Below are positions 25,201 to 37,800 of a DNA stretch of 64,000 bases, in pieces. The position numbers were made by a program, and so were the translations under genes. This stretch comes from Macrostomum lignano. Lineage: Eukaryota. Within the stretch, counting starts at the first letter, position 1. Each line of letters opens with the position of its first letter. The stretch spans positions 7,580 to 71,579 of the forward strand of contig NIVC01002619.1 of the NCBI GenBank assembly GCA_002269645.1. The letters are read 5' to 3'. The notes beneath the pieces are model-generated. The model was not told the DNA's origin. It was given only the letters and a program-made list of their open reading frames with translations, and did not search any database.

Positions 25201-26358
25201 CTCTACCGATGGGTTAGTAGACTCTACCGATAGGTTAGTAGACTCTACCGATGGGTTAGTAGAATCCACCGATGGGTTAGTAGACTCTACCGATGGGTTA
25301 GTAGACTCTACCGATGCGTTAGTAGAATCCACCGATGGGTTAGTAGACTCTACCGATGGCTTAGTAAAATCTTTTAATTGGGCTAGCAGAATATACCGCG
25401 ATAGGGTAGTCACAATATACTAAATCTTCTAATCTACTAAACTCGTAATATTTGTTTGAATTTAAGAAGTGTTAGTTTACTAGTGTACTAATCTGACATC
25501 GAACCCACTACTCGTATCAAAGTCAACAAAGCAGCCTTGCAATCTGTCGATACAATACTCCAAGCTTATCTATTTCTAAGTAATCGCCATTCTACTCTCG
25601 CAGGCTAAAAGCCAGTTCAAGCGACGCAGCACGGCAAACAATGTGGACATCATCATTCCTGTGCCTGCCGATGTTGACTCGCCAAAGTTTAAGGTTGGCT
25701 TTTGGTTTTCTACTTAACAGTAGTTTGTTAAAGTTTATAAGTATTTAGAAAAGCATTTCGAAATGTCTACAGAATCATTAATATGCTTCTTGTTTTTGAT
25801 TTATAGATGCAAATCCAAGAAGCAAATAAAGATAAAGTTGAATACGAAATTAAAGGAAATTAAGGTGTTTTGGATTCCAAATCTAATGAACAAATGAAGG
25901 TTAATTAGATGCAAATCTAGGAAGCAAAAGGTCAAGTTCAATACGAAACTAAGGAACAAATGAAGGTTAATTGAATTCAAGTCTAAGGAAGAAAAATAAA
26001 GTCAAGTTGAAAACGAAAAGGGACAAATGAAGGTCAAGTCGAACATGTGAGACAATGAACAAATGGACGTAATTCAACCATCCCCGCAGACTACGGTGGG
26101 CAGCTGCCGCTACCAGCCCGAGAGCAGCTCTCTGGTGTGGAGCATCAAAGCATTCCCTGGCGGCAAGGAGTTCATTATGAGGGCGCATTTTGGACTGCCT
26201 ACGGTTGACACCGATGAGAGCAATGGGAAGCCGCCGATTGCCGTGAAATTCGAGATCCCATATTTTACTGTGTCTGGCATTCAGGTAAGATATTTTTCAC
26301 TGATGTGTGCTATATGTAAGGCAGACAGACAGACAGACAGACAGACAAGCAGGCAGAA

Positions 26359-26426
<68 letters not shown>

Positions 26427-26446
26427 GGATAGACAGACAGAAAGAA

Positions 26447-26521
<75 letters not shown>

Positions 26522-26601
26522 CAGGCAGAAAGACAGACAGACAGACAGACAAGCAGGCAGAAAGACAGACAGACAGACAGACAGACAGACAGGCAGACAG
26601 G

Positions 26602-26636
<35 letters not shown>

Positions 26637-26658
26637 GCAGGCAGACAGACAGACAGGC

Positions 26659-26698
<40 letters not shown>

Positions 26699-26714
26699 GG
26701 ATAGACAGACAGAA

Positions 26715-26761
<47 letters not shown>

Positions 26762-26762
26762 A

Positions 26763-26809
<47 letters not shown>

Positions 26810-26854
26810 CAGGCAGAAAGACAGACAGACAAACAGACAGACAAGCAGGCAGAA

Positions 26855-26899
<45 letters not shown>

Positions 26900-26902
26900 G
26901 GC

Positions 26903-26951
<49 letters not shown>

Positions 26952-27131
26952 GGCAGAAAGACACTAAGAAGGCAGACAGACAGAAAGGCACCTTAATCTC
27001 AGCATTCGATCAAACCCGAACCTGCCCGCCAGGTGCGCTACCTGAAGATCATAGAGAAGAGCGGCTACCAAGCCCTGCCCTGGGTGCGCTATATCACTCA
27101 GAATGGAGAATATCAACTGAGAACGCAGTGA
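22295..27131 (+). CDS. AP1M1: AP-1 adaptor complex medium subunit mu-1, 6 exons, 422 aa
   Basis: Exons: 22295-22690, 23444-23717, 24555-24769, 25604-25693, 26090-26284, 27033-27131. GT-AG junctions, 1269-nt open frame. Near-canonical sequence: [150 protein letters not shown]. Confidence 0.98.
22720..23400. repeat. Degenerate 28-bp AT-rich minisatellite (AP1M1 intron 1)
   Basis: Unit about CTACTAATTAATTATCGATATCTCAACC. Confidence 0.85.
23775..24520. repeat. 58-59-bp minisatellite (AP1M1 intron 2)
   Basis: Unit TTTACACTACTTACTAAGTACCCGAATTCGAATTTTAAATCCACCAAATAGTGTGTCTA, about 12 copies. Confidence 0.95.
24805..25365. repeat. 21-bp minisatellite GATGGGTTAGTAGACTCTACC (AP1M1 intron 3)
   Basis: About 26 copies. 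Confidence 0.95.
26320..26985. repeat. (CAGA)n microsatellite (AP1M1 intron 5)
   Basis: About 165 tetramers with CAGG/AAGA variants. Confidence 0.98.
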
Positions 27132-27439
27132 TTCAACTATCACGTGCAGACTCTCAGTTTGGACAGACAGATTGAAAGCAAAATGATTGCCTTTTTCTGT
27201 GGCTTGCGTCTTGCTTGAAGTTGTCTGGTCAGCAATTGCCCTAGGCCCCTATATATATAAATGCGTTTTGATTATTGAAAAATTTACTGTATACTCCATT
27301 GTTTGTTGAGAATGGAAAGTTGGTTATATTTATTAACTGTTGTCAAGTTCAATTGTTTTAAATTCAAAATTCTGGCCTCTTTTCTCTTTTACGTTGTATT
27401 TATCAAATTTTATAGTCAGATTCTGAAGAAGTTTTGATA

Positions 27440-27710
27440 GGTTGAGTAAGCGCGTCTCAATTCTTGTGCCACACCAAAAGCCTTGGTTCAATTCCACGTG
27501 TAGAACAACATTTATTTGGGGCTAGTGTGCACGAAGTTTTGGCAGCGGTGGTGGGGTGAGGCTTTGTCCTTCGAGCCGCAAAGGGCCAGCCCCCAACGCA
27601 CTGAGAGTGTACATTCCTGACGATTAGAAAGTCAAAAAGGGCCAGTGTACACACTGTGCAAACACTGTACACACTACACACTGTGTACACACTGCACACA
27701 CACAAAAATG
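27440..27710 (+). mobile_element. Possible tRNA-derived SINE with ACACT-rich tail
   Basis: B-box-like GGTTCAATTCCA near 27484, degenerate A box, GC-richer body and a simple-repeat tail at 27645-27705. Confidence 0.35.
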
Positions 27711-27729
27711 TGCAAAATTTTCCTTGGTT

Positions 27730-29735
27730 GTGCTGGAATGTTAAAGAGGATGCTGGAATGTTGGAGAGGATGCTGGAATGTTGGAGCTGATGCTGTAAAT
27801 GTTGGACAGGATGCTGGAATGTTGGCGAGGATGCTGGAATGTTGGCGAGGATGCTGGAATGTTGGAGAGGATGCTGGAATGTTGGAGAGGATGCTGGCAT
27901 ATTGGGGAGAATGCTGGAATGTTGGAGATGATGCTGGAATGTTGAAGATGATGCTGGCATGTTTGAGAAGATGCTGAAATGTTGGAGATGATGCTGGAAT
28001 GTTGGAGAGGATGCTGGAATGTTGGAGATGATGCTGGAATGTTGAAGATGATGCTGGAATGTTGGAGAAGATGCTGAAATGTTGGAGAGGATGCTTAAAT
28101 GTTGAAGAGGATGCTGGAATGTTGAAGATGATGCTGAAATGTTGGCGAGGATGCTGGAATGTTGGCGAGGATGCTGGAATGTTGGAGAGGATGCTGGAAT
28201 GTTGGAGAGGATGCTGGCATATTGGGGAGAATGCTGGAATGTTGGAGATGATGCTGGAATGTTGAAGATGATGCTGGCATGTTTGAGAAGATGCTGAAAT
28301 GTTGGAGATGATGCTGGAATGTTGGAGAGGATGCTGAAATGTTGGAGATGATGCTGGAATGTTGAAGATGATGCTGGAATGTTGGAGAAGATGCTGAAAT
28401 TTTGGAGAGGATGCTTAAATGTTGGAGAGGATGCTGGAATGTTGAAGATGATGCTGAAATGTTGGAGAGGATGCTGGAATGTTGGAGAGGATGCTGGAAT
28501 GTTGGAGAGGATGCTGAAATGTTGGAGAGGATGCTGGAATGTTGGAGAGGATGCTGAAATGTTGGAGAGGATGCTGGAATGTTGGAGAGGATGCTGGAAT
28601 GTTGGAGAGGATGCTGGAATGTTGGAGAGGATGCTGAAATGTTGGAGAGGATGCTGGAATGTTGGCGAGGATGCTGGAATGTTGGCGAGGATGCTGGAAT
28701 GTTGGAGAGGATGCTGGAATGTTGGAGAGGATGCTGGAATGTTGGAGAGGATGCTGGCATATTGGGGAGAATGCTGGAATGTTGGAGAGGATGCTGGAAT
28801 GTTGGAGAGGATGCTGAAATGTTGGAGAGGATGCTGGAATGTTGGAGAGGATGCTGAAATGTTGGAGAGGATGCTGGAATGTTGGCGAGGATGCTGGAAT
28901 GTTGGAGAGGATGCTGGAATGTTGGAGAGGATGCTGAAATGTTGGAGAGGATGCTGGAATGTTGGAGAGGATGCTGGAATGTTGGAGAGGATGCTGGAAT
29001 GTTGGAGAGGATGCTGGAATGTTGGAGAGGATGCTGAAATGTTGGAGAGGATGCTGGAATGTTGGAGAGGATGCTGGAATGTTGGAGAGGATGCTGGAAT
29101 GTTGGAGAGGATGCTGGAATGTTGGAGAGGATGCTGAAATGTTGGAGAGGATGCTGGAATGTTGGAGAGGATGCTGGAATGTTGGAGAGGATGCTGGAAT
29201 GTTGGAGAGGATGCTGGAATGTTGGAGAGGATGCTGGAATGTTGGAGAGGATGCTGAAATGTTGGAGAGGATGCTGGAATGTTGGAGAGGATGCTGGAAT
29301 GTTGGAGAGGATGCTGGAATGTTGGAGAGGATGCTGGAATGTTGGAGAGGATGCTGAAATGTTGGAGAGGATGCTGGAATGTTGGAGAGGATGCTGGAAT
29401 GTTGGAGAGGATGCTGGAATGTTGGAGAGGATGCTGGAATGTTGGAGAGGATGCTGGAATGTTGGAGAGGATGCTGAAATGTTGGAGAGGATGCTGGAAT
29501 GTTGGAGAGGATGCTGGAATGTTGGAGAGGATGCTGGAATGTTGGAGAGGATGCTGGAATGTTGGAGAGGATGCTGAAATGTTGGAGAGGATGCTGGAAT
29601 GTTGGAGAGGATGCTGGAATGTTGGAGAGGATGCTGGAATGTTGGAGAGGATGCTGGAATGTTGGAGAGGATGCTGGAATGTTGGAGAGGATGCTGAAAT
29701 GTTGGAGAGGATGCTGGAATGTTGGAGCTGATGCT
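27730..29735. repeat. 20-bp minisatellite GGAATGTTGGAGAGGATGCT
   Basis: About 100 copies, highly homogeneous in the right half. Confidence 0.98.
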
Positions 29736-30284
29736 GTAAGTACTAGAATATATTAAATTGTAGTTACGAGCGTAACTTTTTTATAAGCTTTCGATACCCC
29801 GTGGCTTCACTGTTTTGTGTGCAATATCAAATTTTCAACGAAAACAATGATTTTGAATTTTTTAGCCTAATAATGCATATAAGAAATGCATATTGATGTA
29901 AATAATAAGTCACCGGCTTTTGATCTCAAATCCACCTATATTTATTCGCAATAGCTCATTCAAATTTCTTTGGGTCACTCGCTACAATTTTTGCACTTTT
30001 TCAACTGCAATGCCTATTATTGTGTAATTCCATTGCATTGTCAGAACGTTCTTGCAATTTTTATAGGGTCTCTTTTTGTGAGGATGTTTTTGGATAATAT
30101 AATAATGTTAATATACTCATAAATTAGAAGATTTTTGTTTTAATTGTCCCGTCAGCTGTGTAAACTCATGTACATGCATCTTTCAGCTGTCGTTGCGGCT
30201 TATTATTGTGATTTACAGATGTAGGTTGCAAATCCCCACTTTGTCTCCTAAGACACATTTCCCATCCTAGACACTTATTTCTCA

Positions 30285-33200
30285 TCATAGACTCAGCATA
30301 GATACTCATCTCCTCATCATAGACTCAGCATAGACACTCATCTCTCACCATAGACTCAGCATAGACACTCATCTCCTCATCATAGACTCATCATAGACTC
30401 AGCATAGACACTCATCTCCTCATCATAGACTCATCATAGACTCAGCATAGACACTGATTTCTCATCATAGACTCAGCATAGACACTCATTTCTCAGGATA
30501 TACTCAGCATAGACACTCATCTCTCATCATAGACTCAGCATAGACACTCATCTCTCAGGATATACTCATCATAGACACTCATTTCTCATCATAGACTCAG
30601 CATAGAAACTCATCTCTCATCATAGACTCAGCATAGACACTCATCTCTCATCATAGACTCAGCATAGAAACTCATCTCTCAGGATATACTCATCATAGAA
30701 ACTCATCTCTCAGGATATACTCATCATAGAAACTCATCTCTCAGGATATACTCATCATAGAAACTCATCTCTCATCATATACTCATCATAGACACTCATT
30801 TCTCATCATAGACTCAGCATAGACACTCATCTCCTCATCATAGACTCATCATAGACACTCATCTCCTCATCATAGACTCAGCATAGACACTCATTTCTCA
30901 TCATAGACTCAGCATAGACACTCATCTCCTCATCATAGACTCATCATAGACTCAGCATAGACACTCATCTCCTCATCATAGACTCATCATAGACTCAGCA
31001 TAGACACTCATCTCCTCGTCATAGATCATCATAGACTCAGCATAGACACTGATCTCTCATCATAGACTCAGAATAGACACTCATCTCTCAGGATATACTC
31101 ATCATAGACACTCATTTCTCATCATAGACTCATCATAGAAACTCATCTCTCATCATAGACTCATCATAGACACTCATCTCTCATCATAGACTCAGCATAG
31201 ACACTCATCTCTCATCATAGACTCAGCATAGACACTCATTTCTCATCATAGACTCATCATAGAAACTCATCTCTCATCATAGACTCAGCATAGACACTCA
31301 TCTCTCATCATAGACTCAGCATAGAAACTCATCTCAGGATATACTCATCATAGAAACTCATCTCTCATCATAGACTCAGCATAGAAACTCATCTCTCAGG
31401 ATATACTCATCATAGAAACTCATCTCTCATCATAGACTCAGCATAGACACTCATCTCTCATCATAGACTCAGCATAGAAACTCATCTCAGGATATACTCA
31501 TCATAGAAACTCATCTCTCATCATAGACTCAGCATAGATACTCATCTCCTCATCATAGACTCAGCATAGACACTCATCTCCTCATCATAGACTCATCATA
31601 GACACTCATTTCTCATCATAGACTCAGCATAGATACTCATCTCCTCATCATAGACTCAGCATAGACACTCATCTCCTCATCATAGACTCATCATAGACAC
31701 TCATTTCTCATCATAGACTCAGCATAGACACTCATCTCCTCATCATAGACTCATCATAGACTCAGCATAGACACTCATCTCCTCATCATAGACTCATCAT
31801 AGACTCAGCATAGACACTGATTTCTCATCATAGACTCATCATAGACTCAGCATAGACACTCATCTCCTCGTCATAGATCATCATAGACTCAGCATAGACA
31901 CTGATTTCTCATCATAGACTCAGCATAGACACTCATCTCTCAGGATATACTCATCATAGACACTCATTTCTCATCATAGACTCATCATAGAAACTCATCT
32001 CTCATCATAGACTCATCATAGACACTCATTTCTCATCATAGACTCAGCATAGAAACTCATCTCTCGTCATAGACTCAGCATATACACTCATCTCTCATCA
32101 TAGACTCAGCATAGACACTCATCTCTCATCATAGACTCAGCATAGACACTCATCTCTCATCATAGACTCAGCATAGAAACTCATCTCAGGATATACTCAT
32201 CATAGAAACTCATCTCTCATCATAGACTCAGCATAGAAACTCATCTCTCAGGATATACTCATCATAGAAACTCATCTCTCATCATAGACTCAGCATAGAC
32301 ACTCATCTCTCATCATAGACTCAGCATAGATACTCATCTCCTCATCATAGACTCAGCATAGACACTCATCTCCTCATCATAGACTCATCATAGACACTCA
32401 TTTCTCATCATAGACTCAGCATAGATACTCATCTCCTCATCATAGACTCAGCATAGACACTCATCTCCTCATCATAGACTCATCATAGACACTCATTTCT
32501 CATCATAGACTCAGCATAGACACTCATCTCCTCATCATAGACTCATCATAGACTCAGCATAGACACTCATCTCTCATCATAGACTCAGCATAGACACTCA
32601 TTTCTCATCATAGACTCATCATAGAAACTCATCTCTCATCATAGACTCAGCATAGACACTCATCTCTCATCATAGACTCAGCATAGAAACTCATCTCAGG
32701 ATATACTCATCATAGAAACTCATCTCTCATCATAGACTCAGCATAGAAACTCATCTCTCAGGATATACTCATCATAGAAACTCATCTCTCATCATAGACT
32801 CAGCATAGACACTCATCTCTCATCATAGACTCAGCATAGAAACTCATCTCAGGATATACTCATCATAGAAACTCATCTCTCATCATAGACTCAGCATAGA
32901 TACTCATCTCCTCATCATAGACTCAGCATAGACACTCATCTCCTCATCATAGACTCATCATAGACACTCATTTCTCATCATAGACTCAGCATAGATACTC
33001 ATCTCCTCATCATAGACTCAGCATAGACACTCATCTCCTCATCATAGACTCATCATAGACACTCATTTCTCATCATAGACTCAGCATAGACACTCATCTC
33101 CTCATCATAGACTCATCATAGACTCAGCATAGACACTCATCTCCTCATCATAGACTCATCATAGACTCAGCATAGACACTGATTTCTCATCATAGACTCA

Positions 33201-34805
33201 TCATAGACTCAGCATAGACACTCATCTCCTCGTCATAGATCATCATAGACTCAGCATAGACACTGATTTCTCATCATAGACTCAGCATAGACACTCATCT
33301 CTCAGGATATACTCATCATAGACACTCATTTCTCATCATAGACTCATCATAGAAACTCATCTCTCATCATAGACTCATCATAGACACTCATTTCTCATCA
33401 TAGACTCAGCATAGAAACTCATCTCTCGTCATAGACTCAGCATATACACTCATCTCTCATCATAGACTCAGCATAGACACTCATTTCTCATCATAGACTC
33501 AGCATAGACACTCATCTCCTCATCATAGACTCATCATAGACTCAGCATAGACACTCATCTCCTCATCATAGACTCATCATAGACTCAGCATAGACACTCA
33601 TCTCTCATCATAGACTCAGCATAGACACTCATTTCTCATCATAGACTCAGCATAGACACTCATCTCTCATCATAGACTCATCATAGACACTCATTTCTCA
33701 TCATAGACTCAGCATAGACACTCATCTCCTCATCATAGACTCATCATAGACTCAGCATAGACACTCATCTCCTCATCATAGACTCATCATAGACTCAGCA
33801 TAGACACTCATCTCCTCATCATAGACTCATCATAGACTCAGCATAGACACTCATCTCCTCGTCATAGATCATCATAGACTCAGCATAGACACTGATTTCT
33901 CATCATAGACTCAGCATAGACACTCATCTCTCATCATAGACTCAGCATAGACACTCATCTCTCAGGATATACTCATCATAGACACTCATTTCTCATCATA
34001 GACTCATCATAGAAACTCATCTCTCATCATAGACTCATCATAGACACTCATCTCTCATCATAGACTCAGCATAGAAACTCATCTCTCGTCATAGACTCAG
34101 CATATACACTCATCTCTCATCATAGACTCAGCATAGACACTCATCTCTCATCATAGACTCAGCATAGACACTCATTTCTCATCATAGACTCATCATAGAA
34201 ACTCATCTCTCATCATAGACTCAGCATAGACACTCATCTCTCATCATAGACTCAGCATAGACACTCATTTCTCATCATAGACTCATCATAGAAACTCATC
34301 TCTCATCATAGACTCAGCATAGACACTCATCTCTCATCATAGACTCAGCATAGACACTCATTTCTCATCATAGACTCATCATAGAAACTCATCTCTCATC
34401 ATAGACTCAGCATAGACACTCATTTCTCATCATAGACTCAGCATAGACACTCATTTCTCATCATAGACTCAGCATAGACACTGATTTCTCATCATAGACT
34501 CAGCATAGAAACTCATCTCTCAGGATAAACTCAGCATAGAAACTCATCTCTCATCATAGACTCAGCATAGAAACTCATTTCTCATCATAGACTCAGCATA
34601 GACACTCATTTCTCATCATAGACTCAGCATAGACACTCATCTCTCATCATAGACTCAGCATAGACACTCATTTCTCATCATAGACTCAGCATAGACACTC
34701 ATCTCTCATCATAGACTCAGCATAGACACTCATTTCTCATCATAGACTCAGCATAGACACTCATTTCTCATCATAGACTCAGCATAGACACTCATTTCTC
34801 ATCAT
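30285..34805. repeat. 4.5-kb compound satellite of CATAGACTCAG/T (11 bp) and CATAGACACTCATCTCTCAT (20-21 bp) subunits
   Basis: Irregular subunit order with visible larger block duplications; ends about 80 bp before the CHMP7 ATG. Confidence 0.97.
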
Positions 34806-34888
34806 ATGCACTCATAACTCATCAACACTCATCTCCGGTGTGTTCTCCAAACTTCATGCCACTAATCAATCCAAGCGCATACAACAGC

Positions 34889-37800
34889 ATGCCGCCGAAG
34901 CCACCAGCTGCTGAGCTAAACTACGACTGCCTTCCCCCGGAATGGTCGGACGACGAGGCAGTCTACCCGCTGTTCCATGCCTTCAAGCGGCCCCGAGCAG
35001 TGGATCCGGATAGTTTCGATCGCAAAATGAAATTCTGGTCTCGCCTATTGCTGGCCTTCTGCAGGCGGAACCGCATTGCCGCTTTGTCCGCAGACGATCT
35101 GAGACGATTGTTTCGTAGAAAGTTTCCAAGCGTCGGTAGAGACTACGAGCCCGAGTGCTTGGGCGCCGTGCTGTATCAGATGCTGCTGGATCAGCGTGGT
35201 CGGCATTTCAAATCCACTGACGAAAATGACTGGCTGCTGGACCCGGCTGATGAGACGCAGAAGCAGCAGGGACTGGCTGGGAAGTGCGTACTTGATTCCT
35301 GATTCCTGATAAGATATACTGATGACTCTCCTGACACCCGGATGATTGACTCACCTGACACCTGAGTGACTGACTCTCCTGACACCCGGATGACTGACTC
35401 ACCTGACGCCCGGATGACTGACTCACCTGACACCCGGATGACTGACTCACCTGACACCTGAGTGACTGACTCTCCTGACACTCGGATGACTGACTCACCT
35501 GACACCTGAGTGACTGACTCTCCTGACACCCGGATGACTGACTCACCTGACACCTGAGTGACTGACTCTCCTGACACTCGGATGACTGACTCACCTGACA
35601 CCTGAGTGACTGACTCTCCTGACACCCGGATGACTGACTCACCTGACACCCGGATGACTGACTCTCCTGACACCCGGATGACTGACTCTCCTGACACCCG
35701 GATGACTGACTCACCTGACACCCGGATGACTGACTCACCTGACACCTGAGTGACTGACTCTCCTGACACCCGGATGACTGACTCACCTGACACCTGAGTG
35801 ACTGACTCTCCTGACACCTGAGTGACTGACTCTCCTGACACCCGGATGACTGACTCACCTGACACCTGAGTGACTGACTCTCCTGACACCCGGATGACTG
35901 ACTCACCTGACACCTGAGTGACTGACTCTCCTGACACCTGAGTGACTGACTCACCTGACACCCGGATGACTGACTCACCTGACGCCCGGATGACTGACTC
36001 ACCTGACACCCGGATGACTGACTCACCTGACACCCGGATGACTGACTCACCTGACACCCGGATGACTGACTCACCTGACACTCGGATGACTGACTCACCT
36101 GACACCCGGATGACTGACTCACCTGACACTCGGATGACTGACTCACCTGACACCCGGATGACTGACTCACCTGACACCCGGATGACTGACTCACCTGACA
36201 CCTGAGTGACTGACTCAGCTGACATCCGGATGACTGACTCACCTGACACCCGGATGACTGACTCACCTGACACCCGGATGACTGACTCACCTGACACCCG
36301 GATGACTGACTCGCCTGACACCCGGATGACTGACTCACCTGACACTCAGATGACTGACTCACCAGCCCATGACGCCTTACTCATCTACTGACTCACCTGA
36401 ATCGCCCAACAAACAATCGCAGGGTGACCGGCGCCGCCTATGATTGGCTGCTCCGTCGACCAATCGCGTACGCCTGGGGCACCTTCGTCTCTGGCTCGAC
36501 TGCTGCCGAAATGCCAGCCAGCCTGCCCGACCGTCACGAGCTGGTTCACGCCGGAGTGTTGCGTAGCCTCATCGGGGAGGTGTTGAGCGGGTTGCAACAG
36601 GCGCAGGCTGCGGATCACGACTCTGCCGGCCACGAGACTGTGAGTGACCTGTCGTATGTGTTTGCTCACATGCCAGCATCCTAATGATTTTAGACACGTT
36701 ATTACTGACGTATTATGACATTCTACTGACATCCTACTGACATATTAGTGACATTCTATTGACATATTAGTGACATTCTACTGACATATTAGTGACATTC
36801 TACTGACATATTAGTCACATTCCACTGACATATTAGTGACATTCTAATTACATTCTACTGACATCCTACTGACATACTAGCAACATTCTTCTGACATTCT
36901 ATTGACATAATAATGACATTCTAATGACGTTCTACTCACATCCTAATGACATTAGTCACATTCTACTGACATCCAACTGACAGAATTGACGCGTTACTGA
37001 CATCCTAATATTATATGTACGAGCGTATTATAAAAATTATTTTGTTAATTTCTTAAATCCAAACAATTCATTCCAGGACCCAGCATCTCCGCCTCATCGT
37101 TTCGCTCCGAGTTTGAACGTGTGCAGGAAGCGGGATTTCGACCGCTATCTGGAGTCCCTGTGCCCTCATCAGCCTACGAGGCGGCTTCTGGTGCAGCGGT
37201 TGATGTCTGACAGGCTGCTGCACTCCAGAACTGTGCAGGTGCGGCTGTGCATTTCTTCTTCAAGTGATATTCTTGTTTCTTAACTTTTGTAATAGACATG
37301 ACTAATACAATAAATAAGCAATCCTGCTATAAACCTTGGGCCTCTCAACTTTTTAACTATGGGTTTTATTAAATACCCTGAAGAATTGAAATAAACTGCC
37401 CTAAAAAACCTGAACCAACCCTGAACCAACTCTGAACCAACTTTGAACCAACCCTGAACCAACTCTGAACAAACCCTGAACCAACTCTGAACAAACCCTG
37501 AACCAACCCTGAACCAACTCTGAACCAACTCTGAACCAGCCCTGAACCAACCCTGAACCAACTTTGAACCAACCCTGAACCAACTCTGAACAAACCCTGA
37601 ACCAACTCTGAACCAACTCTGAACCAACCCTGAACCAACTCTGAACCAACCCTGAACCAATCCTGAACCAACCCTGAACCAACTCTTAATCAACTCTGAA
37701 CCAACCCTGAACCAACTCTTAACCAACCCTGAACCAACCCTGAAACAGCCCTGAACCAACCCTGAACCAACTCTGAACCAACTCTGAACCAACCCTGAAC

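Noticed and set aside
27457-29756. Many overlapping MLERMLECW/PASSPTFQH ORFs, and a CRISPR-like appearance
   Set aside because: Pure 20-bp tandem repeat with no unique spacers and no cas genes, in a eukaryotic context.
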